Source of the DNA: Candidatus Udaeobacter sp.
GTDB lineage: Bacteria > Patescibacteriota > Patescibacteriia > Magasanikbacterales > GWA2-37-8
Direction of reading: 5' to 3'
NCBI GenBank assembly: GCA_035473115.1
Contig: DATION010000004.1
Span: 33,126-97,125 of the forward strand
DNA: 64,000 nucleotides
Below are positions 46,538 to 55,206 of the stretch, one piece after another (position 1 is the first letter of the stretch; every line of letters starts with the position of its first letter). The position numbers were made by a program, and so were the translations under genes. The notes beneath the pieces were generated by a model. That model was not told where the DNA came from. It worked only from the letters and a program-made list of their open reading frames with translations, and did not search any database.

Positions 46538-47737
46538 TTACCTTAGAAACTTAACAAAACTGGCTATTGTGATCCAGCTAAAAAAAAGAAAAACTGGCGC
46601 CGCCAAAACCCAAAAATGATGCAGCTGATACTTAGCTGCGTCCAAATCCCCTTTTCTCCTGGCTTGCCAGCAGACTACTATTAGTATGACCGCTTCAATA
46701 CCGATAAAACCGCCTCCGGCTATGCTTAATACGGAAATAAACTGCCTTAAACCAGCTACAAACAATAAAATAGGCACAGAAATAACCAAAAACTCGGCTA
46801 AAATTTTATTTAGCTTGCTATCCCAAACAAAACTTTGTTTTAAGGCTATACCAGAGCCAACAAACCCTCCGGCCATAGCTAAAATTGCAAAAATATTGCC
46901 TAGCACCAAAACTCCTTGGCCAAACTTAGCGCCCAAACCAATGGTGGCAATTTCTGAAGTTTGCAGCCCGGTTACTCCCACTACGGCCAAAGCAAAAAGA
47001 ACATACACTACCATTGGAATAAGTGAACCGATAATTAAAGCTTTTCTAAAATGTCTTTGGCTGCGCGGTAAAAGCGCATGCGCTTCAATAACTGCTGGCG
47101 TGCCGTTTAAAGCAAACAGGATAACCCCATAAGGTAAAAATATTTTACTTAAATCTGAATAAGCCCAATTGGCCAGTTTAAAATCTTTCAAAAAATAAAA
47201 AGATAGTCCGCAGATTATAGTGATCACAATAATGCTTAAAACTTTTTCCACACTCTTGATGGTTTGCAATCCTCGCCAAACTACCACACTCCCCAACCCC
47301 CAAAAAATTACACTCCAAACTACGGCGCTGCCGCCAAACAAAGATGATAAAGACTGCCCTTCACCAATTATATATGCCAGCAAGCTACTATAGGCTCCTA
47401 AAACAATAACCACGCCCATAAAATACTTAACCGGCTTTCCCAAGTACTTGCCGGCCAGACCGCCAATTTGCAAAGATTCATTGGTACGAACAGCTATCTC
47501 GCCTATTACCAGATTTAAAAAAAGCATAATCAGACCAAGTCCGATAATATAAGCAATGCCTATTTTTAACCCCACTTGTGCTACTACATAAGGAACACCC
47601 AAAACTCCGGCGCCAATAGTCATACCGGTAATCATAAAAACCGCATCTGCTACCGAAGCGGCTGGCTTATAAACACCTTGATGTAAAATTATTTTTTGCT
47701 CTTCAATCTGGGATTTCATTTTAATATTATAACACAA
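46538..47737 (-). CDS. amino-acid permease-like transporter (HAAAP/APC-type, 11-12 TM)
   Basis: 399 aa. MITGMTIGAGVLGVPYVVAQVGL N-terminal motif resembles Tyr/Trp/Ser permeases. Confidence 0.45.
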   Translation of the reverse strand: MCYNIKMKSQIEEQKIILHQGVYKPAASVADAVFMITGMTIGAGVLGVPYVVAQVGLKIGIAYIIGLGLIMLFLNLVIGEIAVRTNESLQIGGLAGKYLGKPVKYFMGVVIVLGAYSSLLAYIIGEGQSLSSLFGGSAVVWSVIFWGLGSVVVWRGLQTIKSVEKVLSIIVITIICGLSFYFLKDFKLANWAYSDLSKIFLPYGVILFALNGTPAVIEAHALLPRSQRHFRKALIIGSLIPMVVYVLFALAVVGVTGLQTSEIATIGLGAKFGQGVLVLGNIFAILAMAGGFVGSGIALKQSFVWDSKLNKILAEFLVISVPILLFVAGLRQFISVLSIAGGGFIGIEAVILIVVCWQARRKGDLDAAKYQLHHFWVLAAPVFLFFSWITIASFVKFLR

Positions 47738-47750
47738 ATTATCCAGTTAT

Positions 47751-47782
47751 AAAAAAACAAAGACGAAGCTTAAGCCTCGTCA
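47751..47782 (-). terminator. rho-independent terminator downstream of the small ORF
   Basis: Minus-strand transcript GACGAGGCTTAAGCTTCGTC followed by TTTGTTTTTTT. Confidence 0.5.
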
Positions 47783-47810
47783 CCCTGTCCCCCTTCCTAA
47801 AAATATTCTG

Positions 47811-47972
47811 CTATTTGTTGCTTTCATCAGATCTACCCGCCCTTGCCTGTTCCGCCGCCTGACGAAGCTTTCTCTTTTGTCCAGGTTCCGGAGGAACACT
47901 GGGCTTTGCATCTCCCCACATGAAGACAATTACTGCCAACAAAAATATGATGAGAGCGTTGCTGTTTGCCAT
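47811..47972 (-). CDS. small (53 aa) single-TM peptide with charged C-tail, unknown function
   Basis: Starts at the second ATG, which is preceded by AGGGGGA. A TTGACT-17-TATAAT promoter sits at about 48003-48040. GC is elevated (roughly 48%). Confidence 0.35.
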   Translation of the reverse strand: MANSNALIIFLLAVIVFMWGDAKPSVPPEPGQKRKLRQAAEQARAGRSDESNK

Positions 47973-48064
47973 AAAATTCCCCCTGTTGTTATTAGCCAAC
48001 ATTATACGCTAATTTTAGTAAAAAGTCAAGCATAAATAAGTCATAAAAAATCAATTAAAAAAAC

Positions 48065-48093
48065 AAAAAAGACCGTAAATTACGATCTTTTTT
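48065..48093 (-). terminator. hairpin terminator downstream of tRNA-Val
   Basis: AAAAAAGACCGTAAATTACGATCTTTTTT. A stem flanked by an A-run and a T-run. Confidence 0.5.
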
Positions 48094-48114
48094 GGAATAG
48101 GAATGGTCGAATTG

Positions 48115-48188
48115 TAGGCGCTTAGGGATTCGAACCCTAGACCTCCTCGGTGTAAACGAGGCGCTCTAACCAACTGAGCTAAACGCCC
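48115..48188 (-). tRNA. tRNA-Val (anticodon UAC), CCA not encoded
   Basis: Reverse-complement GGGCGTTTAGCTCAGTTGGTTAGAGCGCCTCGTTTACACCGAGGAGGTCTAGGGTTCGAATCCCTAAGCGCCTA folds as a canonical cloverleaf with anticodon loop TTTACAC. Confidence 0.85.
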
Positions 48189-48270
48189 ATTTTTTCGTAT
48201 TAATGGAAACTTCGCCAAGCTATTTAATGTGGGCCCCGCTAAGCGGGGCTAACCACAACGCTTAGCGTTG

Positions 48271-48343
48271 TGGGTCGGCTGGGGATCGAACCCAGGACCA
48301 CTGCCTTAAAAGGGCATTGCTCTACCAGCTGAGCTACCGACCC
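48271..48343 (-). tRNA. tRNA-Lys (anticodon UUU), CCA not encoded
   Basis: Reverse-complement GGGTCGGTAGCTCAGCTGGTAGAGCAATGCCCTTTTAAGGCAGTGGTCCTGGGTTCGATCCCCAGCCGACCCA with anticodon loop CTTTTAA. Confidence 0.85.
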
Positions 48344-48411
48344 AAATTATAATTACTAATAGCTAAATTAGTAATTTACATACTATACTAATTTAATAAA
48401 ATAATCAAGCC

Positions 48412-49491
48412 CTATCTCTGCATAACTATCTCTTCTATAATTTCTATCACTTTTTGCGCGCTAGCAGCCGGCAAAACTGTATGCAATTTTTCTTCTAAGT
48501 GTTTCTTTTTTTCTACAGAATTGATAATGCCAACAACTGTTTCAGCCAGATCTAAATCATTTATTTTTCTCTCATCCAAAACTATGGCTGCTTGCCTATC
48601 TGACAAAAATTTAGCATTAACTTCTTGATGCGTATCAGCAATCGGAATCAAAATCGCTGCTTTGCTCAAAGCCGCTAATTCGGTAATCGTAGAAAAACCG
48701 GCTCTGGCAATAACTACATCAGCCGAGGCATAAGCATCTTTAATGTCTTCTTTTAAAAACTGAAAAGCATGATAGTTTGGAAAATCATTGGTCGCAGCTT
48801 CAGACAACTCAACTGAACGCTCTTTACCAGTCAGATGAATTATATGAAAATTTTTAGGCCAGATAGATAAAGTCTCAACAATTAATTTATTGATTTTAAT
48901 CGAACCGGTGCCTCCGCCCATTGCCAAAATAACTGGTGATCCTTCGGGAATATTAAATTTTTTTCGGGAATTATTTTTATCAGTTACTGTTAAATTGCGA
49001 GCCGGATTGCCAATCCATTCTATTTGCTTACTTAAAAAATATTGTTTATTTTCTGCCAGGGCCGTAGTAATTTTTGTGGCTGTGCAAGACATTAATTTAT
49101 TGGCTAATCCAACTGCCAGATCTTGTTGATGCACCCAAGTTGGAATCTTGAGAACAAAAGCGGCAAAATGCAGTGGCACACTGACAAATCCTCCGGCTGT
49201 AATCAGCATATCCGGTTTCTCTCGCTTCAGTAAAAATAAGGACTGCCAAAAACCAAATGATATTTTAAAAATATCCAAAAAATTATCCCAAGAAAAATAT
49301 TGGCGCAGTTTGCCGGAAGTTATAGCAAAAAAAGGAATTTTATAACTTTCTACCAAACCTTTCTCCGGACCATTTTTTGTGCCGACCCAAATAAACTCCG
49401 CTTGAGGATTATGTTTTTTATAAATTTCGTAAATTGCCAGCAGCGGAGCGACCGGCCCCAAGGTTCCACCACCAGAGAGGAGTATTTTCAT
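48412..49491 (-). CDS. murG: UDP-GlcNAc:lipid I N-acetylglucosaminyltransferase MurG (GT28)
   Basis: MKILLSGGGTLGPVAPLLAI...ITAGGFVSVP and a C-terminal GT-B domain. Length is 359 aa. Confidence 0.85.
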   Translation of the reverse strand: MKILLSGGGTLGPVAPLLAIYEIYKKHNPQAEFIWVGTKNGPEKGLVESYKIPFFAITSGKLRQYFSWDNFLDIFKISFGFWQSLFLLKREKPDMLITAGGFVSVPLHFAAFVLKIPTWVHQQDLAVGLANKLMSCTATKITTALAENKQYFLSKQIEWIGNPARNLTVTDKNNSRKKFNIPEGSPVILAMGGGTGSIKINKLIVETLSIWPKNFHIIHLTGKERSVELSEAATNDFPNYHAFQFLKEDIKDAYASADVVIARAGFSTITELAALSKAAILIPIADTHQEVNAKFLSDRQAAIVLDERKINDLDLAETVVGIINSVEKKKHLEEKLHTVLPAASAQKVIEIIEEIVMQR

Positions 49492-49501
49492 ATAAAACCA
49501 T

Positions 49502-50569
49502 TTAACTCAAGTTGGCCAAAATTTCTTCTAGCTCACCTTTTGCTTCTGTTAAACTTATTCTGTCTTTTGGTTCACGCACAATCATTTTTTTAGCCAACTC
49601 ATCTAATTTTTCCAATACACTCTTATACATTATTCTAAAAATATCTTCTCTTTCATACAGATCTAACATCTTGGATAAACAGATGCCAAATTGGTAAGTC
49701 ATTTCACTTGGCTGGATTCCTTCTCCCTTAAAGAATTCTGGCGGCAAATAATCATCTACTCGTAATCTGTTATCTAGCACCCTGCCATTTTTAACCAGAC
49801 CTTCCAAGTCAAACAGGACACCCTTTTGAACATTTTCATCCGAAACTACACCTAAATTACTTAACTTTATATCCTGCAAAACCAAACCATTATCTGCTAA
49901 ATATTCTGCTCCATTTAAACAGTCTTTAACAACTTTTAAACCAGTTATAAAATTACTTTTGCTTTTAACAACATTTAAATATTCGTTTAATGGTCGTAAG
50001 TCTAATTTTTCGTAAATAGTCCGCTTAGATTCCGGGTCATACTGTTCTATATTAACGATATTGGCATGTGAACCATCTCGTTTGATTATTTCCATAAAAT
50101 AATCAATGGCTTCGGCAATGTGCTCTTCTTGGTCTGGTATTGGGTGCTGTTCTTTATGCATACTTCTTTGGCCACTCAACACACCGACCACCTCCTGAAT
50201 GACATTATGTTCATTCCTTTTTTTTGTTTCTAAAGTTTGAAGAACCAGGTAAGTCTCTTTATCAAGTCTATCTTTTAATTTTTCAATCAAAAGTCTGCGA
50301 ATCAAACTTATACAATCTTTTGCTTCTTTTGAACTTAGCTCTCCAGCCCATTGTTCTTTGCTCAGCATTCCCAAAATTTTACTATCGCTCAAAGCGTCAA
50401 CAACAAAAGAAGCTTCATCATCCTCAGTTTCTTCTGTCTTACTAACTATATAATCTGCATACTCTTCAATGTCCTTACGAGAAATTGCATGCTGCTCTAG
50501 CATTTTTATTTCTAAATTATCTTTCCGTGCAATTCTTTCTTCTTCGGGCGAAAAGTATTCTATTCCCAT
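49502..50569 (-). CDS. divergent eukaryotic-like protein-kinase-fold protein (paralogue 1; possible pseudokinase) with acidic helical N-region
   Basis: The C-terminal ~170 aa reads as an ePK C-lobe: HANIVNI (HPNIV-like), LVLQDIKLSNLGVV (HRDLKPxNI-like), LFDLEG (DFG-like), LPPEF (APE-like) and PKDRISLTEA. No obvious beta3 Lys. Confidence 0.45.
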   Translation of the reverse strand: MGIEYFSPEEERIARKDNLEIKMLEQHAISRKDIEEYADYIVSKTEETEDDEASFVVDALSDSKILGMLSKEQWAGELSSKEAKDCISLIRRLLIEKLKDRLDKETYLVLQTLETKKRNEHNVIQEVVGVLSGQRSMHKEQHPIPDQEEHIAEAIDYFMEIIKRDGSHANIVNIEQYDPESKRTIYEKLDLRPLNEYLNVVKSKSNFITGLKVVKDCLNGAEYLADNGLVLQDIKLSNLGVVSDENVQKGVLFDLEGLVKNGRVLDNRLRVDDYLPPEFFKGEGIQPSEMTYQFGICLSKMLDLYEREDIFRIMYKSVLEKLDELAKKMIVREPKDRISLTEAKGELEEILANLS

Positions 50570-50574
50570 AAAAT

Positions 50575-51699
50575 TTAATTTTCTAAAATTACACGGCTTA
50601 TAATCAACTCGAGTCTGTCTCTGGCTTCAGCTAAACTAATTCTATTTTTTGGATTTTCTTCTTTCATTTCATATATCAAATTACCAAGTTCAAATTTAAT
50701 GCCGTAGTCTAATTTTTTAAAGTACGATTCATGCTGATGAGCAAATGATACTTTGCCTAAGCATACGCCAAATTGGAAAGTCATTTCCGCTTCTTCAGTT
50801 ACCATAGAACCATCACTTTTCCATTCCGGCGGGATATAACTGTCGTCATTTATAGGAGCAAGTCTAACGGGAAGAAAATCATCTTTCATTACCACACCTT
50901 CAATATCAAAAAGTATGCCTTTTTCTTTACCATCCTCTATCACCAAACCTAGGTTATCTAATTTTATATCTTGTAAAACCAAATCTTTTTCCGATAAATA
51001 AGCTGCTCCAGCTAAACAATCTTTAATGACTTTTAGGGTTGTTAAAAACACTTCTTTGGTTTTTTCTGATCCTTCTAAGTACTTATCTAGAGTCTGAAGA
51101 TTTAATTTTTCGTAAATAGCCTGTCCAGTCTCAAAATTATAATTTAAAACCTTGACTAAATTAGGATGATAGCCTTTGGTTTGAAAATCTTCCAATAAAA
51201 TTTTCATAGCCGCTGCCTTACTATCTTTTTGTCCTTCTAAAACTTCTTGATCTTTATACACAGCTTCACGCCCTCTAGAACCATCAACTATTTTTTGGAC
51301 AATATTTTTACGATTGCCTGGTATCTTTTTTATCAAATCTTTAACTACTAAAAAAATATTTTTATCAACTCTGCCTTTTATAGCTTCTAGTAAAGCCTGC
51401 CGCACTCTATTTATAACAGCCTCAGCTTCATCTTCGTCTAACTGGACGGCAGCCATTTCCTGTCTTATTTTAGCCAACAAACGACTATTGTTAAGATCGT
51501 CAATTATAAAAACACGCTGCTCTTGGGTATCTTTTATATTTTCTAAGCTACTAACCAAATGATCCGCGTAAGTTTTAATATCGTCAGGAAAAATTACATC
51601 CTGTTCGGTCATCTTTCTTTCTAAATTTTTCCTCGGATCTATTTCGTGTCTAGGAGAAATATTTTTAATATCAGCAGACAAGCCTTCTTTTGAACTCAT
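50575..51699 (-). CDS. divergent eukaryotic-like protein-kinase-fold protein (paralogue 2) with acidic helical N-region
   Basis: Start trimmed to the ATG at 51699, 4 nt after the rpoD stop. AAMKIL (VAIK-like Lys), GYHPNLVKVL, LVLQDIKLDNLGLV, ILFDIEG, YIPPEW and NPKNRISLAEA. Paralogous to 49502-50569. Confidence 0.45.
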   Translation of the reverse strand: MSSKEGLSADIKNISPRHEIDPRKNLERKMTEQDVIFPDDIKTYADHLVSSLENIKDTQEQRVFIIDDLNNSRLLAKIRQEMAAVQLDEDEAEAVINRVRQALLEAIKGRVDKNIFLVVKDLIKKIPGNRKNIVQKIVDGSRGREAVYKDQEVLEGQKDSKAAAMKILLEDFQTKGYHPNLVKVLNYNFETGQAIYEKLNLQTLDKYLEGSEKTKEVFLTTLKVIKDCLAGAAYLSEKDLVLQDIKLDNLGLVIEDGKEKGILFDIEGVVMKDDFLPVRLAPINDDSYIPPEWKSDGSMVTEEAEMTFQFGVCLGKVSFAHQHESYFKKLDYGIKFELGNLIYEMKEENPKNRISLAEARDRLELIISRVILEN

Positions 51700-51703
51700 A
51701 TAT

Positions 51704-53002
51704 TTAATAATCCTTGAGTTTGCCAATAATTCCCATACGCTGAATTTTTTCCAGAGCTTTGGCTTCGATTTGGCGGATACGTTCGCGGGTAACATCAAAT
51801 TCCTGGCCAACTTCTTCCAAAGTGTGAGTCACGCCATCGGCCAAACCAAATCTCATTTCCAAAATTTTCTGTTCGCGCGGTGACAAATCTTTAATTGCTT
51901 CTTTGACGTAATCACGCAAAATCTGCAAACCAGCCACGCGGTCGGGCGGCATATTTTTGACATCTTCCACAAAATCTTGCAAAGAAGAATCATCGTCATC
52001 ATCGCCAACCGACATTTCCAAAGACACGGTATCCTGAGATATTTTTATAATATGATTTACTTTGGATACTTCTTCGCCCATTTCGGCAGCTAATTCTTCC
52101 GGAGTCGGATCACGGCCTAAGTCTTGCAATAATCGGCGCTGCACCTGCTGGAAACGATTAATTGTTTCCACCATATGCACGGGAATACGAATGGTGCGCG
52201 ACTGGTCGGCCAAAGCACGAGTAATCGCTTGGCGAATCCACCAAGTGGCGTAAGTGGAAAATTTATAACCGCGGCGGTAATCAAATTTTTTCACAGCTCT
52301 AAACAAACCGATGTTGCCTTCTTGGATTAAATCCAACAAAGAAAGGGATTTGCCCACGAATTTTTTGGCAATAGAAACTACCAACCGCAAGTTGGCTTCA
52401 ATCAATTTTCTGTCTGCTTCTTTGTCGCCGCGCTCTTTGCGTTTAGCTAGCGCCACTTCTTCATCGGCTTTGAGTAGCGGAATTCGGCCGATTTCTCGCA
52501 GATACATCTGAATTGGATCCGAAGAAATTTGCCCTAAATCAAAAGGAATATCCATATCCGGCTGCTTGCCCTGAAAACTTTTTAAAGTTTGTGAATGTTC
52601 TTCTTTACGGCCAAGCAAATTGCCGGTTGTCTCAACAATAGAGACACCGTTTTTATCAAGCAGATCTATAAAACCTTCGTATAGATCTAAATAACGCTCT
52701 GGTCGAGGAAAAACACCTTCAACTTCAATTTGAGTAATAAATCCGCGATTGCGGCCTTTGGCGATTATGGCCCAGATATCTTTAAGAGTTGGTTCAACAA
52801 CCACTTCTTCGGCTGCCATTAATTTTTTGGATTGCTTACTTTTTTTATTTACAAATATTTTATTTTTTCGAGACGGCTGGATGCGTTTAACTTTTTTTGG
52901 CTGAGATGATTTTTTTACCGCTTTACCCTTTTTTTGCTTACGCGTATGTTTAACGCGCAATGGCTTAGGGCGCTTCTTAATTGTCCCTTTCTTGGTCGGC
53001 AT
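51704..53002 (-). CDS. rpoD: RNA polymerase primary sigma factor (sigma-70 family) with lysine-rich basic N-terminal tail
   Basis: Regions 2-4 are conserved ([40 protein letters not shown]; C-terminal [21 protein letters not shown]). The N-terminal ~65 aa is K/R-rich. Confidence 0.85.
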   Translation of the reverse strand: MPTKKGTIKKRPKPLRVKHTRKQKKGKAVKKSSQPKKVKRIQPSRKNKIFVNKKSKQSKKLMAAEEVVVEPTLKDIWAIIAKGRNRGFITQIEVEGVFPRPERYLDLYEGFIDLLDKNGVSIVETTGNLLGRKEEHSQTLKSFQGKQPDMDIPFDLGQISSDPIQMYLREIGRIPLLKADEEVALAKRKERGDKEADRKLIEANLRLVVSIAKKFVGKSLSLLDLIQEGNIGLFRAVKKFDYRRGYKFSTYATWWIRQAITRALADQSRTIRIPVHMVETINRFQQVQRRLLQDLGRDPTPEELAAEMGEEVSKVNHIIKISQDTVSLEMSVGDDDDDSSLQDFVEDVKNMPPDRVAGLQILRDYVKEAIKDLSPREQKILEMRFGLADGVTHTLEEVGQEFDVTRERIRQIEAKALEKIQRMGIIGKLKDY

Positions 53003-53131
53003 AAGGGATAAAATTATTAGTTAGCAAGATTAAAATTAATAATGATTTTTACAGTGGCCATCGCACCCTCGAAAGGGCGACCTTTAGGTCGTTTGGTCAC
53101 AAAAAAATCATTATTAATTTTAATCCTTAAT

Positions 53132-54901
53132 TTATTCTAGCGCCACTATCTGTTTTAAAATTTGCTGCAACAATTCTGTGTTTTTATTTTTTTCTGCTTC
53201 TTTTAAAGCGCTGGTTAATTCGGCGCGCTTATCGCTCAACCATTCTGATTTTATCCGCGCCAACAAAACTTCTATCTCTTTTTTTGCTTCTTCCACAGTA
53301 AAGCTGCTGTAATCTTTATCCGCTTTTAATACTAAAACATCAATGGAATTTTGATCTTCCTTTTCTAAAATGTCTTCCTTATCTGTATAACCATTGTACT
53401 GCTTTTTTAATGATTCGTAAAGACTAGCTAGCGGAGTGGGAGGAAAAAAACTCTGGCTTGAACCAAAAACTGGCTCGGCAAACAATTTAGGAAATTTTAT
53501 CAGCAAAGCAAAAATATTTTCGGTCAATGAAATTATTCGGCTTTTTTCTAGCTGTTTCTCTTTTTCAACTGGTTTTTGCCCAGAATTTTCCTGCCTATTC
53601 TCGTTAAATTTAGGTTTAACCGCAGCCAAACGGCGCATTTCGGTAGTTAAGGTGGTATGGTCAACGCCCAGTTCATCAGCCAATTTTTTCAACCAATGAT
53701 CCCTCTCTACGGCATAAGGCAAACGAATTATTTCAGCCAGCAAAGTATCAGCAATTTTTTGTTTCTGTTTCGGATCGTGCTTATCAGCCCCAATTAAAGT
53801 GCTAGAAAAATACCATTCCATAACTTCTTTGGCATTTTCTATTGCCTTAAACCAGACATCCGGATTTTTTTTCAAACATTCGTCGGCATCCTTGCCGCAG
53901 CCAGCTGGAATTTGAATAATTTTTATATTCATCCCCTGCTCCAAAGCCAAATCTATACCACGCTTGGCTGCATTTTGCCCAGCCGCGTCAGCATCAAAAG
54001 CAATCGCAATATTATTAGAATATCTCTTTAATAATTTTATCTGTTCAAAGGTCAAAGCCGTACCTGAAGAAGCAACCACGTTTTTCATTCCTGCCTGATG
54101 ACAAGCCACCACATCCATCTGCCCTTCTACCAACACCGTAAAATCTTTATTTTTTATTTCCGTTTTAGCTTTATTTAATCCGTATAAAACTCGAGATTTA
54201 TCATACACCAAAGTCTGCGGCGTATTTACATATTTGCCGCCGGATTTTTCTGTTTCCACCAAAACTCGACCAGTAAAACCAACCGTATTGCCATGCGCGT
54301 CCCAAATCGGAAACATTATGCGGCCGCGAAAACGGTCATAAACTCCCCCGCCATCTTTTTTTATACTCAACCCTGAAGCCAATAAATCATCTATGCTATT
54401 TCCTTTTTTTAATAAATATTGCGTAAGTAAATCCCACTGTTCGGGAATAAAACCAACTTTCCAATCAATAATTGTTTCTGATTTTAATTCTCGCTTTTTT
54501 AAATAATCTCTGGCGCCATGGCTAGCCGGCATTTCCAACAAAAACTGATGAAAAAAATAGGCAGCTTTACTATTTATTTCCAAAATTCTGTTTTTTTGAC
54601 TCTTGTTTACTTCACTGGCAAAAGTATCCAATTTTACGCCGGCTCGCTCGGCCAAAATTTTTAAAGCTTCCGGAAATTCCAATCCTTCCATTTCCTGCAA
54701 AAAAGAAAAAACATCACCGCTTTTACTGCAACCAAAACAGTGCCAGAATTGCTTTTCTGAATTGACCATAAACGAAGGTGATTTTTCGTTATGGAATGGA
54801 CAATTGGCTTTCCAATTGGCGCCGGCTTTTTTGAGCGGAATATATTCGCCAATTATTTGCGCAATGTCTAATCTATCTTTGATGGCTTGGGTATCAGTCA
54901 T
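53132..54901 (-). CDS. dnaG: DNA primase
   Basis: N-terminal zinc ribbon CPFHNEKSPSFMV...HCFGC, a TOPRIM domain (VLVEGQMDVV; DADAAG). Length is 589 aa. Confidence 0.9.
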   Translation of the reverse strand: MTDTQAIKDRLDIAQIIGEYIPLKKAGANWKANCPFHNEKSPSFMVNSEKQFWHCFGCSKSGDVFSFLQEMEGLEFPEALKILAERAGVKLDTFASEVNKSQKNRILEINSKAAYFFHQFLLEMPASHGARDYLKKRELKSETIIDWKVGFIPEQWDLLTQYLLKKGNSIDDLLASGLSIKKDGGGVYDRFRGRIMFPIWDAHGNTVGFTGRVLVETEKSGGKYVNTPQTLVYDKSRVLYGLNKAKTEIKNKDFTVLVEGQMDVVACHQAGMKNVVASSGTALTFEQIKLLKRYSNNIAIAFDADAAGQNAAKRGIDLALEQGMNIKIIQIPAGCGKDADECLKKNPDVWFKAIENAKEVMEWYFSSTLIGADKHDPKQKQKIADTLLAEIIRLPYAVERDHWLKKLADELGVDHTTLTTEMRRLAAVKPKFNENRQENSGQKPVEKEKQLEKSRIISLTENIFALLIKFPKLFAEPVFGSSQSFFPPTPLASLYESLKKQYNGYTDKEDILEKEDQNSIDVLVLKADKDYSSFTVEEAKKEIEVLLARIKSEWLSDKRAELTSALKEAEKNKNTELLQQILKQIVALE

Positions 54902-55045
54902 TTAATATTTTTAGCATCGGGCTTCAACAAACTCTACCCGACATAATTGCTTTAAGTCAACTTTATCATAGTTAATACAAAAACAGCAAGGTAACTTACC
55001 TTGACAAATTTATACTAATATAATAAGTTAGCTTTAGAAGTTTGT

Positions 55046-55120
55046 GCCGCTGTAGCTCAGCTGATAGAGTGCTGGGTGTGCAACACTCAGAGGTCGCAGG
55101 TTTAAATCCTGCCAGCGGCT
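55046..55120 (+). tRNA. tRNA-Cys (anticodon GCA) with atypical features (U73 discriminator, 6-bp anticodon stem or expanded loop, T-loop TTTAAAT)
   Basis: GCCGCTG acceptor pairs with CAGCGGC. D-arm GCTC/AGCTGATA/GAGT and T-arm GCAGG/TTTAAAT/CCTGC. The anticodon arm CTGGGT-GTGCAAC-ACTCAG places GCA at 34-36 with U33 and A37. U73 is characteristic of tRNA-Cys. Confidence 0.6.
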
Positions 55121-55134
55121 CCCTTCTTTACCTA

Positions 55135-55200
55135 GCCGACGCGCGCTTGTGACTTGTGCGAGTATAACTCGACAGTACAAGCGCCGTCGGCTCTCTTTTT
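55135..55200 (+). terminator. compound stem-loop terminator after tRNA-Cys
   Basis: GCCGACGCGCGCTTGT...ACAAGCGCCGTCGGC long stem with an inner CGAG-tataa-CTCG hairpin, followed by TCTCTTTTTT. Confidence 0.5.
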
Positions 55201-55206
55201 TATAAT

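Noticed and set aside
55046-55120. Possible tmRNA or tRNA-like fragment
   Set aside because: No GGGG…CCACCA tmRNA ends and no tag-peptide reading frame were found. The element folds as a complete 75-nt cloverleaf, so it is called tRNA-Cys.
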